NCBI RefSeq assembly: GCF_038871235.1
Contig: NZ_JAVZIN010000008.1
Span: 11,369 to 75,368, forward strand
Length of the DNA: 64,000 bases
From: Candidatus Hadarchaeum sp.
GTDB lineage: Archaea; Hadarchaeota; Hadarchaeia; Hadarchaeales; Hadarchaeaceae
Direction of reading: 5' to 3'
Shown: positions 55,942 through 64,000 of the stretch, piece by piece
How the letters are laid out: the number at the start of each line of letters is the position of its first letter
Numbering within the stretch: position 1 is the stretch's first letter
Made by a program: the position numbers and the translations under genes
The notes under the pieces: generated by a model
Told to the model about the DNA's origin: nothing
Databases searched by the model: none
The model's input: the letters and a program-made list of their open reading frames with translations, nothing else

Positions 55942-56954
55942 TGAGAATAATTATCATCGGGTTCGGAAATTTGGGCAAGGGCATCTGTAAGGCGTTTGTA
56001 GAAAAATCAGATTTTCTTAGAAGGATGCATGGGTTGGTGCCCAAGGTTGTAGCAGTGGTCGATGAGTTTGGCGCAGTAGTGGATGAAAAGGGCTTGGATT
56101 TGCCGCAGCTTTTGAAAACCGCTGAGAGTAGTAAGACCGTTGCGAAATGCCCCGGGGGAAAGCGTGGTAAGCTGGCACTTGATGTGATTGATGAGGTTAG
56201 CGCCGACATAGTTTTTGAGCTCACGCCGACGAACATTCAAAATGGTGAGCCCGGGTTAACCCACATAAAGCGCGCCATGCAGGCCGGAAAACACGTTATA
56301 ACTTCAAATAAGGGGCCGCTGGTGGTTGCTTTTAAAGAGCTGGACTCGCTGGCTAGAAAAAAGGGCGTGGAGTTCAGGTATTCCGCTTCTGTCGGCGGCG
56401 CGGTTCCAGTTATAGGTTTGGCCAAAAAGCTCCTAAGCGGTAATGAAATTTCAGAGATATGTGGTGTGCTCAATGGAACCACCAATTATATATTGACTCG
56501 CATGAGCGCTGAAGGCGTGCCACAAGAGATAATAATCCGAGAAGCTCAGGAACTCGGTCTGGCCGAGAAGGACCCATCCTTGGATATAGATGGGATTGAT
56601 ACGGCGTGCAAGATAACAATTCTGGCCAATGCGGTTTTGGGAATGAATGCCAAGCTTTCTGACGTTAAAGTGGTCGGCATCAGAAGGATCACACCGGATG
56701 CCACGAGGCTGGCACAAGAGGCGGGACAAATGATAAAACTGGTTGGAACAGCGAGGCGGGATTTACTTGAGGTCGGCCCCAAGATGGTACCGCTAGGACA
56801 TCCTCTTGCCGTTGGCGGAACATTAAATGCTGTAACCTTTAAGTTGGACTTGGCGAGAGAGATATCGATCACTGGTTTCGGGGCAGGGCCAAGGGAGACC
56901 TCAAGTTCTCTATTAGGGGATCTCATAGACATCCATCGCACGCTTGGTGGTTAA
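55941..56954 (+). CDS. hom: Homoserine dehydrogenase
   Basis: GFGNLG, TSNKGP, ASVGGAVP, GVLNGTTNYIL, DIDGIDTACK and GAGPRETSS motifs. Confidence 0.95.
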   Translation: MRIIIIGFGNLGKGICKAFVEKSDFLRRMHGLVPKVVAVVDEFGAVVDEKGLDLPQLLKTAESSKTVAKCPGGKRGKLALDVIDEVSADIVFELTPTNIQNGEPGLTHIKRAMQAGKHVITSNKGPLVVAFKELDSLARKKGVEFRYSASVGGAVPVIGLAKKLLSGNEISEICGVLNGTTNYILTRMSAEGVPQEIIIREAQELGLAEKDPSLDIDGIDTACKITILANAVLGMNAKLSDVKVVGIRRITPDATRLAQEAGQMIKLVGTARRDLLEVGPKMVPLGHPLAVGGTLNAVTFKLDLAREISITGFGAGPRETSSSLLGDLIDIHRTLGG

Positions 56955-56956
56955 TC

Positions 56957-58132
56957 TTGTGGCTGGAATGTATAGAATGCCGTCACAAGTTTGATATAGG
57001 TTCGAGGTTCTACACATGCCAGAGATGCGGAGGACTTTTAGAAGTTGAACTTGATCTTACTTTGATAAAGAAAAAACTGAAAAAAAATAACCTCGATTTG
57101 AAACCACCAAGTGTTTGGAAATACCGGGACTTTTTTCCAGTCATTGACGAGTCCAAGATAGTTAGTTTGAATGAAGGTGGAACGCCGCTTATTCGGTGTG
57201 ATCGCTTGAGTAAAGAGATCGGTGTTGATGAGCTTTACGTGAAGTTCGAGGGCGCAAATCCCACTGGCTCCTTTAAGGATAGGGGCATGACCGTCGGTGT
57301 AACCAAGGCGCTTGAGTTTGGGGTAAAGACAGTCGCTTGTGCTTCAACAGGAAACACTTCAGCCTCGCTTGCAGCATATGCGGCCAAGGCAGGACTGCGC
57401 TGCGTGGTTATTCTGCCAAAGGGTAAAGTGGCTTTAGGCAAGTTGGCGCAGGCTTTGATTTACGGTGCCAAGGTTGTGGCCATAAAAGGTAACTTTGACG
57501 AGGCGCTCGCAATGGTGAGAAGGTTGTGCGAACAGGATGAAAGTGTCTACCTGTTGAATTCTCTGAACCCTTTTCGGTTACAAGGACAGAAATCTATTAG
57601 TTATGAGATAGCGGATCAGCTGGGGTGGAAAATACCTGATAAAGTGTTGGTTCCAATGGGAAATTGCGCCAATATCTGGGCGATTTATAAGGGTTTCTTT
57701 GAATTTGACGCTGTGGGCATCACTCGAGGAATACCGAAGATGATTGGGATCCAAGCGAACGGTGCAAAACCGATAGTCGAGGCTATAAAGCGTGGGCAGG
57801 AAACTTTTGAGCCAGTTGAAAGACCTGAGACCATAGCTACTGCTATAAGGATAGGCAATCCGGTTAACGGTCCTAAAGCTATCAGAGCAATCAGAAATTC
57901 CGGCGGTACAGCTGAGTCGGTTTCCGACGGTGAAATTATCAGAGCTCAGAAGGCTCTTGCCAAGTTGGAGGGAATCGGAGTTGAGCCAGCCAGCGCCTCC
58001 ACAATTGCCGGACTTAAAAAACTGGTGCGACAAAAAGAGATAAAAAAAGACGATGTCGTGGTTTGTGTGGCGACCGGACACCTGCTGAAGGATCCTGAGG
58101 AAGCTATAAAAGTAGTCGGGTTCTCAAAATAA
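56957..58132 (+). CDS. thrC: Threonine synthase
   Basis: N-terminal Zn ribbon, EGGTPL, NPTGSFKDRG, CASTGNTSAS, EPASA and TGHLLKDP motifs. Confidence 0.95.
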   Translation: MWLECIECRHKFDIGSRFYTCQRCGGLLEVELDLTLIKKKLKKNNLDLKPPSVWKYRDFFPVIDESKIVSLNEGGTPLIRCDRLSKEIGVDELYVKFEGANPTGSFKDRGMTVGVTKALEFGVKTVACASTGNTSASLAAYAAKAGLRCVVILPKGKVALGKLAQALIYGAKVVAIKGNFDEALAMVRRLCEQDESVYLLNSLNPFRLQGQKSISYEIADQLGWKIPDKVLVPMGNCANIWAIYKGFFEFDAVGITRGIPKMIGIQANGAKPIVEAIKRGQETFEPVERPETIATAIRIGNPVNGPKAIRAIRNSGGTAESVSDGEIIRAQKALAKLEGIGVEPASASTIAGLKKLVRQKEIKKDDVVVCVATGHLLKDPEEAIKVVGFSK

Positions 58133-58148
58133 GCAGGAGGTTTTCATA

Positions 58149-59342
58149 ATGCTTCTTGATGAAGAGATAGTTAAGCTAGTGGGGATGCCTGAGAGGGCTT
58201 ACAAACTATTGAGCGAGCCGGATCGAATCATTAGATGTAGAATAAGAAGACACATTCCTGGGGTAAATAGTTTCATCTATGTTTATTTGGTATATCACAG
58301 CGCCGCCCGCGGCCCACCAGGTAAAGGCGGCGTAAGAATGTCAAGCGATGTTACTCTTGAAGAGGTCGCACAACTGGCGGAGATAATGACCTACAAAAAT
58401 GCGTTGATGGATTTGCCTTTTGGTGGCGCGAAGTCAGGCATAGTTGCTGATAGCAATCTTCCTCCAGATGTGAAACATCTCATCATGACTGCATATGCGC
58501 ATGAGTTAAAAAATGAACTATTATCTGGGCATTACGTCCCTGCTCCAGATATAGGAACTGGCCCGAGCGAAATGGCTGCAATATTTGGTGAGACACATCT
58601 AAGAGAATCGGTGACTGGAAAGCCCATTGGAATTGGAGGTCTTCCGGGAAGAAGAGAGGCTACCGGTTATGGAGTTTCTGTAATCTCGGAGAGATCAGTT
58701 CAGGAGTTCTTGGAGAAAGATATATCGGATGCCACGGTCGCGGTTCAAGGTTTTGGAAATGTTGGTTCTTGGACCTGCGAGTTTTTGTCGAAAATGGGGG
58801 CCAAGATAGTTGCTGTTTCTGATGTGCGTGGTGGTTCTTTCTGCAAGGACGGTATCAATATAGAGGAGCTTAAAAATTATTTCCAGAAAGCTGGCACGGT
58901 TTGTGGTTTTGGTGGCAGCCAAATAACTAATCAAGAGTTACTCGAGCTGGATGTTGATCTTCTCATTCCCGCAGCCGTTGGTGGAGTCATACATGCGGGA
59001 AATGCAGCTAAAATTAGAGCGGATTTAATAGTTGAAGGTGCAAACGCCCCGGTCACTAAGGAGGCGGATGAGGTGTTGTTGAAGAATAAAAAAATAGTGG
59101 TCCCTGATTTTTTGGCCAACGCTGGCGGCGTGGTGGCCAGTTATATTGAATGGCGTGAGGGCAAGTCTGGAGCTAAGACTAAAAAAGAAGAAACTTATGC
59201 GGTAATAAAAGAGACGCTTATGGAGGCGTTTGAGGAAACGCTACAGTTTTCAGTGAGTAAAGATATAAGTTTGAGAAAATCCGCTTTGGCGCTGGCTGCT
59301 TCCAGAATTGTTGATACAATGTATGCAAGGGGCTGGCTCTGA
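58149..59342 (+). CDS. gdhA: Glu/Leu/Phe/Val dehydrogenase (likely glutamate dehydrogenase)
   Basis: KGGVR, MTYKNA..LPFGGAKSG, PAPDIGT, REATGYG, QGFGNVG, EGANAP and PDFLANAGGVVASY motifs. Confidence 0.88.
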   Translation: MLLDEEIVKLVGMPERAYKLLSEPDRIIRCRIRRHIPGVNSFIYVYLVYHSAARGPPGKGGVRMSSDVTLEEVAQLAEIMTYKNALMDLPFGGAKSGIVADSNLPPDVKHLIMTAYAHELKNELLSGHYVPAPDIGTGPSEMAAIFGETHLRESVTGKPIGIGGLPGRREATGYGVSVISERSVQEFLEKDISDATVAVQGFGNVGSWTCEFLSKMGAKIVAVSDVRGGSFCKDGINIEELKNYFQKAGTVCGFGGSQITNQELLELDVDLLIPAAVGGVIHAGNAAKIRADLIVEGANAPVTKEADEVLLKNKKIVVPDFLANAGGVVASYIEWREGKSGAKTKKEETYAVIKETLMEAFEETLQFSVSKDISLRKSALALAASRIVDTMYARGWL

Positions 59343-59355
59343 ACTCTATTTTTTT

Positions 59356-60588
59356 TCAAAGCGGTGACTTTACGTTTTCACCATTTTTTACTACAATTTT
59401 ACCCCTTTTGATCACAAAACATCTCCTCGGTTGAAAAACGATTGCTTCCCAAGGTGTTTCAGCCTCAAGTATTACCAAGTCAGCTCTACCACTTTCTTTT
59501 ATTCCATAATTTTTTATTATTCCGGTGGTCTCAGCCGCCACTGTAGTCCCCATCTCTAAAAGTGTCGAAAAAGCACGTTTGCCTTCTAGCCTTTGGTGGT
59601 AAGCTAGAAAAAGTGCCGCTAGCAACATATCACCGTTGCCAAGCGGATTGTAAGCGTCGTTGAAGTTGTCAGTGGCATAGGTCACATTCACTCCAGAGTC
59701 GAGCAAATCTTTTACTCGCGTAATCCCATTTGGCTTTCCATCCCGGCCAAGAATGTATATGTTAGTAAATGGGTTCGCGATTATGCTCATCTCAGCTTCC
59801 CGAACCTTCTCGATCACTCTCCTGGCGTTTTCCCAGCTGTAAGCTGACAGCGCGCTGCAGTGGCTTGCCACTACCATTCCCCCATATCCGTTTTCCAAAG
59901 TTTTCTCTGCGTAAAGTTCCAAAACTTTACTTTTTGGATCGTTGGTCTCGTCGACATGTAAGTCGATTTTTGCCTTATGTCGTTTTGCCACGTCGAATAT
60001 AATATCCAGATATCCTTCAGGATCAGGGTCTATATTTGGCAGGCCGCCTACAACGTCGGCACCAAGTTTCATCGCTTGTTTTAGTAGAGATTCACTTTCG
60101 CTCGACCTTGTTAAAGGCTCCCGTGATGGGAAGGCGACTAGTTGCAGGTCCATCCAATCCACGCACTCATTTTTGAATTCAAGCATTGATTTTAGCTCCC
60201 TCAACCCAAATGATGCATCAACGTTAACGTGAGTTCTTACTGCTGTCGTGCTCTTTTTCAGGAGAGTTAGCGCCGCTTTTCTTGCCACTTCTTTCACACC
60301 TTCAGAGTCTATCGATTGTCTTTCTTTTCTGATGATTTTTTCCGATTCTTCATGGGTCCGCGAGATCCATTTTGCGTCGCCGCCTAGACAGGCATGATCC
60401 AGATGCATATGCGAGTCAATAAAGCCCGGGATGGTTAACTTTCCAGCAACATCCAGTTTTAATTTTGCAGGCAAGTTTATCTCTTCACCGACCACAATTA
60501 TTTTTTCGTCTTTGATGGCAATGTCGGTAACTTTTTCCCTATTGATCAACCTAGCGTTTTTAATTAGAAGATCTACTTCCTCTTTCAT
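59356..60588 (-). CDS. Cytosine deaminase-like amidohydrolase
   Basis: DSHMHLD, VRTHV, DLHVDE, ASHC and ATDN metal/catalytic motifs of the CodA group. Confidence 0.85.
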   Translation of the reverse strand: MKEEVDLLIKNARLINREKVTDIAIKDEKIIVVGEEINLPAKLKLDVAGKLTIPGFIDSHMHLDHACLGGDAKWISRTHEESEKIIRKERQSIDSEGVKEVARKAALTLLKKSTTAVRTHVNVDASFGLRELKSMLEFKNECVDWMDLQLVAFPSREPLTRSSESESLLKQAMKLGADVVGGLPNIDPDPEGYLDIIFDVAKRHKAKIDLHVDETNDPKSKVLELYAEKTLENGYGGMVVASHCSALSAYSWENARRVIEKVREAEMSIIANPFTNIYILGRDGKPNGITRVKDLLDSGVNVTYATDNFNDAYNPLGNGDMLLAALFLAYHQRLEGKRAFSTLLEMGTTVAAETTGIIKNYGIKESGRADLVILEAETPWEAIVFQPRRCFVIKRGKIVVKNGENVKSPL

Positions 60589-60658
60589 TTTCTTCAGGTT
60601 ACTCTTATGGTCAAGCTATTAATTTCTTTTTAGAAAGATTTTTTAACTCTGGGGAAAA

Positions 60659-61540
60659 ATGCTCACCGATAAAATGCCTTTCAGGCCTAGAGATTATTTT
60701 AGAGTGGCAACGGTCAGCGAAGCGGTTGGCCTGCTCAATAAATACGGGAGAAAAGCGGCGGTTCTGGCCGGAGGCACCGACCTGCTTGTGGCAAAGCCGC
60801 CGCACATCGAATATATAATCGACATTTCCCAACTGCCGTTGAACTACGTCAAAAAGGACAGAAAAGGTATAAGAATAGGAGCGCTGGCTACTTTAAACGA
60901 GATCGCAGACTCCCCATTTCTCGAGGATGAGCCCTACGATGTAATTGCGAAGTCAACGTTGGATATGGGAACGCCGCTGACTAAAAATTATGCCACGATT
61001 GGTGGAAATCTTTGTAACGCTGCCCCCTCCGCCGATATGCCTCCGTCTTTGATCGCTTTAGAAGCTGAGGCAAGTGTAATTGGGCCTAAGGGAAAAAGAA
61101 GGATTTTGGTTGAGAATTTTTTTATGGGTCCGAAAAAGTCCGCCTTGAGAAGAGGAGAAATTCTCACAGAAATATTTGTGCCTGAAGCCCCTGCTGGGAC
61201 CAAGGCAGTTTTTCTCAAGAAAGGAAGGACAAGCGAGGACATTGCTCAAGTAAATGTTGCGGTCCGGCTGACCATCGGCGATGTTGTTTGTAAAGTCGCT
61301 AGGATAGTCCTTGGAGCGGTGGCACCGATACCATTGAGGGCAAAGTTGGCAGAGGCCATGCTGGAAGGGAAAAAGCTGGGAGAAATTATTAAATTAGTCG
61401 ATGCTGTAGCAAAACAAGCTGCAGAAGAGACGAAGCCGATAACTGACATCAGAGCCACGGCCGAATATCGCAAGGCCGTAGCCGAGGTGCTAACGAGAAG
61501 GGCTCTGCTCACCCTTCTGGAAAGATTTGAGGGTGGTTGA
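60659..61540 (+). CDS. Xanthine dehydrogenase/CoxM family FAD-binding subunit
   Basis: AGGTDL, ATIGGNLCNAAPSAD, GAVAPIP and PITDIRATAEYR motifs. Confidence 0.92.
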   Translation: MLTDKMPFRPRDYFRVATVSEAVGLLNKYGRKAAVLAGGTDLLVAKPPHIEYIIDISQLPLNYVKKDRKGIRIGALATLNEIADSPFLEDEPYDVIAKSTLDMGTPLTKNYATIGGNLCNAAPSADMPPSLIALEAEASVIGPKGKRRILVENFFMGPKKSALRRGEILTEIFVPEAPAGTKAVFLKKGRTSEDIAQVNVAVRLTIGDVVCKVARIVLGAVAPIPLRAKLAEAMLEGKKLGEIIKLVDAVAKQAAEETKPITDIRATAEYRKAVAEVLTRRALLTLLERFEGG

Positions 61541-61541
61541 G

Positions 61542-62027
61542 ATGGTTAGAAAAGAGCAGAGGAAAATTCTTGTCAGGTTGAATGTGAATGGTAAGAATTA
61601 TGAAGTGGAGGTTAAGCCCCACTGGACGCTTCTGCAAGTAATCAGGGATAAGTTAGGTTTGACGGGGACTAAGTACGGCTGTGGGACCGGCGAGTGCGGT
61701 GCCTGTACCGTGTTGATAGATGGAAAGCCCATGACTTCATGCTTAGTGCTCGCAGCGTCAGCCGAGGGCAGGAAGATAGTCACGATCGAGGGAATCTCAA
61801 GTGACAAGCTACACCCAATTCAGGAAGCTTTCATTGAGGAGGGCGCAATCCAATGCGGATATTGCACCCCAGGCATGATTTTGACCGCTAAGGCGCTTCT
61901 TGAGAAAAACCCACATCCTACTGAGGAAGAGGTGAGGCGCGCAATTGATGGTAATCTGTGCAGATGCACTGGCTATGTGAAAATAGTGAAGGCAATACTA
62001 AAAGCTTCAAAAAGGCTAGAAAAATAA
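61542..62027 (+). CDS. Xanthine dehydrogenase/CoxS family 2x[2Fe-2S] subunit
   Basis: GCGTGECGACTV...SC, QCGYCTPG and GNLCRCTGY motifs. Confidence 0.94.
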   Translation: MVRKEQRKILVRLNVNGKNYEVEVKPHWTLLQVIRDKLGLTGTKYGCGTGECGACTVLIDGKPMTSCLVLAASAEGRKIVTIEGISSDKLHPIQEAFIEEGAIQCGYCTPGMILTAKALLEKNPHPTEEEVRRAIDGNLCRCTGYVKIVKAILKASKRLEK

Positions 62028-62087
62028 AGCTTAAGTTTTCAATTTTTGAACAACGGAAAACGATTAATATCCTTTTTTTGAATTAGG

Positions 62088-63851
62088 ATGGGTGAAAAAA
62101 TCAAGGAAAATTTTAAATTACAAAAAATTCTTCGGGTGAATTTAACAAGTGGTTCGATTAAATCTGAGCCGCTTGAAAAAAAAGCGAAGGAACTTGTTGG
62201 TGGAAAAGGTGTCGCTGTCTATTATCTGCTGAAGGAAGTGGCACCAGGTACAGATCCGCTTTCCCCGCAGAACAAACTAATTTTTAGCTGGGGTCCATTA
62301 ACCGGAATAGCTCCAACGACTTCGAGATTAGTGGTCAGTACAAAGTCACCACTTACTGGGACATTTTTAGACTCTTATTCTGGTGGTATGTTTCCGGCTA
62401 AACTTAGGTTCGGTCTTCCGGAGCATGTTGGCATAATTTTTGAAGGAAAGGCCAAAGATATGTGTTATCTTTCAATCGACCACGGAAAGGCTGAATTGAT
62501 AGCCGCGCCGGATTTGAAAGAAAAAAGCGTTGCTGAGCTTTACCAGAAGTTCGGCAAGGGTGTGGAGATAGCCGGAATTGGTATCGGTGGCGAGAAGATG
62601 GTGAGATACGCCACTATTTCCTCCGATTCTGGAACGCACCATGCTGGCAGGGGTGGGGCTGGCGCAGTTATGGGCTCAAAGAACCTCAAGTGCGTCGTGG
62701 TTAAAAGTGACCCGCCGGTTTTACCTAAGGAAATCAGAGATCTTTCGATCGCTTATGTGAAAAAATTGAGGGAGAATCCTGGGACCCAATGGGCGATCCA
62801 GATTGGAACTGCGGGCACGACATTTTCCTCCCAAAATGCCGGTATCTTACCCACGTTTGGTTGGAAGATGGGGAGATTCCCCGGCTATGATAACATAGGT
62901 CCGGAAAAAGTTAAGGAGAGCACCAAGGAAAGAAAAACGTGCTATAATTGTCCCCTCGCTTGCGGCTACTCACTGAGGCTGAAGGGTAAATTTGAGATTG
63001 AAACGAGAAAAGGTCCGGAATACGAAACGATTGCAATGTTGGGTCCGAACTGTGGAATCGATGATTTAAGTGCGATATCAAAGCTTGATTACCTCTGCGG
63101 GGAATACGGCATCGATACCATTGAAGTGGGAAACATCATCAGCTGGTTGATGAGGTGCAACGAGGAGGGAATTAAAATTTACGACATAAAATTCGGTGAA
63201 GTTGAAAAGTGCGTTCAAGTTGTAGAGGACATTGCTCACCGGAGAGGAAAGCTTGGGGATACTTTGGCAGATGGGTTGAAAAAGGCGGTCTCAGTTTTCG
63301 GTGGCGAAGATTTTGCCGTCGAATGCAAGGGGATGAGCTATCCAGGCTATGACCCCCGCGGCAGTGTGGCGATGGCCCTCGCCTACGCGACCAGCGACCG
63401 TGGGGCTTGTCATAAGAGATCTTGGGCTGTGGGCCCAACGACTTTCTGGGGCGACGCAGCGTTTGACTATGAAAAAGCAGCTAAGTTTGTCAAGGAGGAT
63501 CACGATAAAAATTCAATATTGTGGTGTCTGGCCATATGCGACTTTTCCAGCCCAGTTTACCTTGAAGACCTTGGGTGCGAGTGGCTGAAAGCTTTGGGTT
63601 ACGATTGCAGGGTGGAGCAGCTGAAGACCATTGGTAATAGGGTTTGGAACATGGCGAGGGAATTTAACGTGAGGCACGGCTTTAGCAGAAAAGATGATTA
63701 TCTGCCAAAGATGATGACTAAGCCATTGGGTGGCGAGGGACCGGCTAGCGGCAAAAGCATAGACCCAGCTGGATTCAAGTTAATGCTGGAAAAGTACTAT
63801 GAGTTGCAGGGATGGACTAAGGATGGAAAGCCAAAAATAAAACTAGAATGA
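62088..63851 (+). CDS. Tungsten-containing aldehyde:ferredoxin oxidoreductase family protein
   Basis: KSPLTG, GRGGAGAVMGSKNLK, CYNCPLAC, GPEYET, GIDTI, PGYDPRG, RGACH and YYELQGW motifs. Confidence 0.93.
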   Translation: MGEKIKENFKLQKILRVNLTSGSIKSEPLEKKAKELVGGKGVAVYYLLKEVAPGTDPLSPQNKLIFSWGPLTGIAPTTSRLVVSTKSPLTGTFLDSYSGGMFPAKLRFGLPEHVGIIFEGKAKDMCYLSIDHGKAELIAAPDLKEKSVAELYQKFGKGVEIAGIGIGGEKMVRYATISSDSGTHHAGRGGAGAVMGSKNLKCVVVKSDPPVLPKEIRDLSIAYVKKLRENPGTQWAIQIGTAGTTFSSQNAGILPTFGWKMGRFPGYDNIGPEKVKESTKERKTCYNCPLACGYSLRLKGKFEIETRKGPEYETIAMLGPNCGIDDLSAISKLDYLCGEYGIDTIEVGNIISWLMRCNEEGIKIYDIKFGEVEKCVQVVEDIAHRRGKLGDTLADGLKKAVSVFGGEDFAVECKGMSYPGYDPRGSVAMALAYATSDRGACHKRSWAVGPTTFWGDAAFDYEKAAKFVKEDHDKNSILWCLAICDFSSPVYLEDLGCEWLKALGYDCRVEQLKTIGNRVWNMAREFNVRHGFSRKDDYLPKMMTKPLGGEGPASGKSIDPAGFKLMLEKYYELQGWTKDGKPKIKLE

Positions 63852-63873
63852 GTGAAGTTTGGTGGTGTTTGTA

Positions 63874-64000
63874 ATGGCGGAAAGAATTTTGATCGATAAT
63901 GGAATTGTTGTCACCATGAATCCCAAGCGCGAGATCCTCAGGAACGCCTCAGTTCTGGTTGAAGGAGATAGAATCGTTGATGTTGGTGTTGCTGCCGAGG
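63874..64000 (+). CDS. Amidohydrolase (MtaD/SsnA/TRZ-ATZ-like), 3'-truncated by the window edge
   Basis: MAERILIDNGIVVTMNPKREILRNASVLVEGDRIVDVG is the typical N-terminal beta-sandwich; GGTGG RBS. Confidence 0.7.
   Translation, partial: MAERILIDNGIVVTMNPKREILRNASVLVEGDRIVDVGVAAE

Noticed and set aside
1-64000. CRISPR arrays, transposases, integrases, rRNA genes, inteins
   Set aside because: No regularly spaced repeats, recombinase/transposase motifs, rRNA-like segments or intein splice motifs were seen by eye; short or degenerate elements could have been missed.

Overview
Gene-dense archaeal chromosomal segment with GGTGA/GGAGG ribosome-binding sites and BRE-TATA promoters. Archaeal markers include Mat, arcTGT, Rpl10e, EF-2, Pth2, geranylgeranyl reductase and the HMGS/thiolase/DUF35 cluster. 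The gene content fits an anaerobic uncultured lineage such as Hadarchaeota, but that is inference only. Most of the window is housekeeping and metabolism: mevalonate entry, tRNA/rRNA modification, a Ni/Co ECF transporter with NikR, Acs, PpdK, an ACD-GNAT fusion, glycine cleavage P/H proteins with LipS1/LipS2 and a split lipoate ligase, threonine biosynthesis, GDH, and a deaminase / XDH-type FAD+2Fe-2S / tungsten-AOR cluster at the right edge. One tRNA-Leu(CAG) is present; I saw no CRISPR array, integrase or transposase. The strongest unexplained signals are two. (1) A ~231-nt highly structured, purine-rich candidate ncRNA at 34095-34325 with its own promoter and oligo-T terminator, lacking the hallmarks of SRP RNA, RNase P RNA and tRNA. 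(2) A small locus at 52.8-55.3 kb with a free-standing LAGLIDADG protein, a divergent primase-like (AEP) protein that appears to have lost its catalytic residues and has a long 5' hairpin, and an unannotated 48-aa, 10-Cys acidic mini-protein. All family assignments come from motif recognition by eye; no searches or folding programs were run.
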